The notes below the pieces were generated by a model. It was not told where the DNA came from and did no database searches. It saw only the letters and a list, made by a program, of their open reading frames with translations. The position numbers were made by a program, and so were the translations under genes. Shown here in pieces: positions 60,991 through 64,000 of a DNA stretch of 64,000 nucleotides (positions within the stretch are counted from its first letter, which is position 1; every line of letters begins with the position of its first letter). Source of the DNA: Botryllus schlosseri (lineage: Eukaryota); NCBI GenBank assembly GCA_051294905.1, contig CM119378.1, positions 12,834,001 through 12,898,000 of the forward strand, written 5' to 3'.

Positions 60991-62325
60991 ATGACCACTT
61001 TGCCGGTCTATTCACCTTTGACTCAGTTTCTGATGTGTCGCCGCAAACCCCAGGCTAAGTCGCTTAGCCCGGCGGCGAGAAGATTGTTCGGCAAAAGCGA
61101 CACTCCCGCAGTAAAGGATATGCTGCAAGATGTACTAAATATGGAGCGACGGAAAGGGATTTGCCAACTCAATTTTGATATTTACAACGAGAAACCTGCG
61201 CCCGTGGAGCAGCGAGAAAACATCTCAGCCGTGGACAATGTCCAAGCGCAGCGGAGGCGATACGTGTGGAAGTCCGCTAAGCCGGGCGAAGTCCCCGGTT
61301 TTTACTTCAGAGCCTGTCCCGGTAAACGAAACGCGCTTGTCGACAGGATGGCGGATGCACGCCCGAAATATGCGACGGAGGACCGAAATTCTGCCATGTC
61401 ACCACCACTTCGCTTCGATGACACGAAAGACCGACAAATACCTCTCCATAAGCCGCTGGCAGTTCACGCCACTAGTGAGAACGCGCTCACGGTGAGAAGC
61501 CTGACTCCGTCCGAAAACGCTTTGTCGCAAAGGTCCCCGTTGGCGCAACGTAACCAAGTCGGGATACGGAGATCCCTGAATTTCAACTCAGTTTCTGCCA
61601 AAACATCAACAGCCAGAAACCATACCGCGGAAGGCAGCCAAGGCTCCGTTACGCCGTCGCTGGCTAATGAGAAATCTATTAGCACTCCGAAACCCACCTC
61701 GTCAGCGCATTCCGCCTTGAAGCAACTAAAAATCACAGGTAAGCCTAGGTCTTTTCAAATTTCCGCGCCTCGCTTTTATTGGCTGATTCGAATTCTGGAC
61801 GTTACGCGTTTCCCTCATTAAATATTCATGTGGGAATCTTGGCCATGGATTTCGATCGGGCCTTGTTAGGTCATTAAATATTGAAAGGCGTGCGTTCAAT
61901 TCCGCTTTGCGATATCGCGTATTGAGTAATAACCGATGGCATTAAAAATCCATGTGGGAACTTTTTGCGTCGGGTGAGTGTATCGGCTTATCTGGCTTTA
62001 AAACCAGCTCTCCTAGCCCTTGACTGACGGCATTATGGCCGTTGTTAGGGACATTGATTGCTATAAGTAGCGAGCTTTTGAAAGCAACCGCTGCGCTTTA
62101 GGTTAAGAGAGGCGCCCATCTTTTTTAAGTGCTCACTGCTAAAATACGAAATAAGCACTTGAAGGAAACTGTTGTTACGCTGTCAACGATTTTTTTACAG
62201 ATATGACAACCATACGTAAGCCGCGGCCGTCTGTCATGAAGGCGAGAAAGCGGTTAAGGCTCGCTGACGAAATAGATTGCACTCAGCCGAAGATGAACAA
62301 AATGGCTAATGAGGAAGCCATCTAA
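60991..62325 (+). CDS. CDKN1: Cip/Kip family cyclin-dependent kinase inhibitor (p21/p27/p57-like), ~290 aa
   Basis: Exon 1 (60991-61738, donor gtaagc) and exon 2 (62201-62325, TAA) are phase-compatible. CDI domain motifs ARRLFG, LNFDIYNEKP, RYVW and VPGFY are present, plus a C-terminal QLKITD..RK motif. A gtaagt donor shortly after the stop suggests a 3' UTR intron. Confidence 0.88.
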
Positions 62326-64000
62326 AACCTTCAAAATATAATGTAGGTAAGTAATCGCACGCTTGCTAAAATGCGACGCAGTCATATCGATCGTGACATA
62401 TGGCGAAAACGGTGTCTTTCGTGGCTTTTACCGTGCACTCAAGTAATCGATATAATCCAGTTTCCGTAAAAGGTGCGCGCTGCCGAGTCTTCTCGCAAAA
62501 AGTGAAAATCAATCGATAACTACGCGACCGTGAACAGTCACAGATGGCGTACGCGTACTCTGGAAAACAAATGCAATTAAACCCGGCGAGTGTACGGTGA
62601 TAAAGGAGCCGCGCGTATGTGCCGTTCATCTGTCGCAATTAAACGCAGCGAGTGTAGGGCGATAAAGGTAGTCGGGTATCTGCAGTTCATCTGTCATGTA
62701 ACGCCTGGCGCATGCGCCTTCGCGATAAAGTCCAGTCGTAGTAGCTTAATAGAATAGTATCCGAGCCTTCTCACGATTTTAACATGTTGCGCCATTAATC
62801 ATTTATAAATTCCGGAATGCTAACTGTAATTTGAGTAGGGATTACGGGTTTAATTGTATTCGCGATCGGACCAACTGGCGTCTTACGGTTGTATATTTGC
62901 TTTGGGGGTCGTTCCCATCGTCTCTAGTAATATGTTTCGATTGGATTTATTGTCCGGCCGTGCCGGGGTTTTGTAACACGACACCGCCGGGTCCCGTTGC
63001 GAATCGCGTCATTTAAAACTCCGAATCCTGTGGTCAATAGGACAAGACTCGGCACAATGGGCCCGGAAAATAGAGGAATTCAGACCCTGACTTCCGTCAC
63101 ACGACACCCTGGGAATGACTGGGGGTACAGATGGCGGACGTAGCGGCTGCCGGGGTCCTTTGTGTTGACGATGTTCTCGTTACGTTTCCGTTGCCCTTTT
63201 GTAAACGGAACGGCGCACACAATGCCACGCGTGTGTACGTTGGCATTTAAATGAGAACTCCAAATAATAGCAAGGCACTCGACACGGCACGGTCGTTTAC
63301 GCTGCCCAAACGGTCATCCCAACGGTCGCGGAGCATAAAATCACAGTGTAAACGTTAACCAGGTGACGCCGTCATGATAGGCAATAAAACAAAAGCCAAG
63401 CGGTACAAACCAATACTACCTCGCAAGCGTATCCCTCCCGGAATTGCAGTTGACATTTACCCAACTCATCAGAGTTATAATCAATCTCGCTGTACTTTCG
63501 CAATGAGACCTTCCATTGTTTGATCACAATGCCGCACGTGGTAATCTGGGGTGTGTTCCAATGTACTCTTCGCTCTCGGAGGCAGCTGTATCATCAATTT
63601 TGCGTTCTACGGCGCCCCGCTGCGATATTGAGGCAGATGTGAATAACAGCTGACTTGTGCCTGTCGGGTTTGCCTGGATTCGTGCAGCGCTGATTTTTTA
63701 TTTGTGGAAATTCGATACGAGGCCGCGCGCACACATGGGCCGTGAAATGGCGACACTGTAGGCTTGCAATTCTCTGTACGACCACGGGCGGCTTTGTCCG
63801 CTATCAACGGTCGCGTAACGCCAGCTGTTGGAAAAGTCCGTTGGACCTTTTAAACTTGAGTGCACGAGCTAACGATGTTTACCAGGCAGTGCTCCCAGCG
63901 GGTTAATAATATACATTCATATATTCGCCAGTCCTCTCGTATTGTAATCGGGATAGCCCACTCGAGATCTGTTTGCTCTGTGTAATCAATTGCAGGGTAC

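Overview
AT-rich metazoan genomic DNA with GT-AG introns of about 60 nt to several kb. An invertebrate, possibly tunicate-like, origin is only an inference. Four host genes can be supported: the 3' exons of a kinesin-3 motor gene (KIF13 type, +, 311-4071, 5' part outside the window), a near-complete kinesin light chain gene (KLC, +, 21903 to about 34045/36020), an uncharacterised 4-exon ~171-aa gene (-, 40935-38040) and a Cip/Kip CDK inhibitor (CDKN1 type, +, 60991-62325). The remainder is dense with transposons: many non-autonomous hAT elements with clean 8-bp TSDs (often nested), CR1/L2-clade LINE 3' ends, foldback MITEs, a decayed Gypsy pol and a young non-autonomous LTR element with identical LTRs carrying a repeat-protein ORF instead of gag-pol. 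The most striking feature is a tandem array (8244-12680, -) of three ~300-aa ORFs matching only the N-terminal part of a hAT-like transposase. All three stop just before the first catalytic Asp and differ only by in-frame indels, while the adjacent catalytic region is frameshifted. The middle copy is a chimera of the outer two. This pattern suggests a domesticated, catalytically dead transposase-derived gene family. All homology calls come from motif recognition by eye; no database searches were run.
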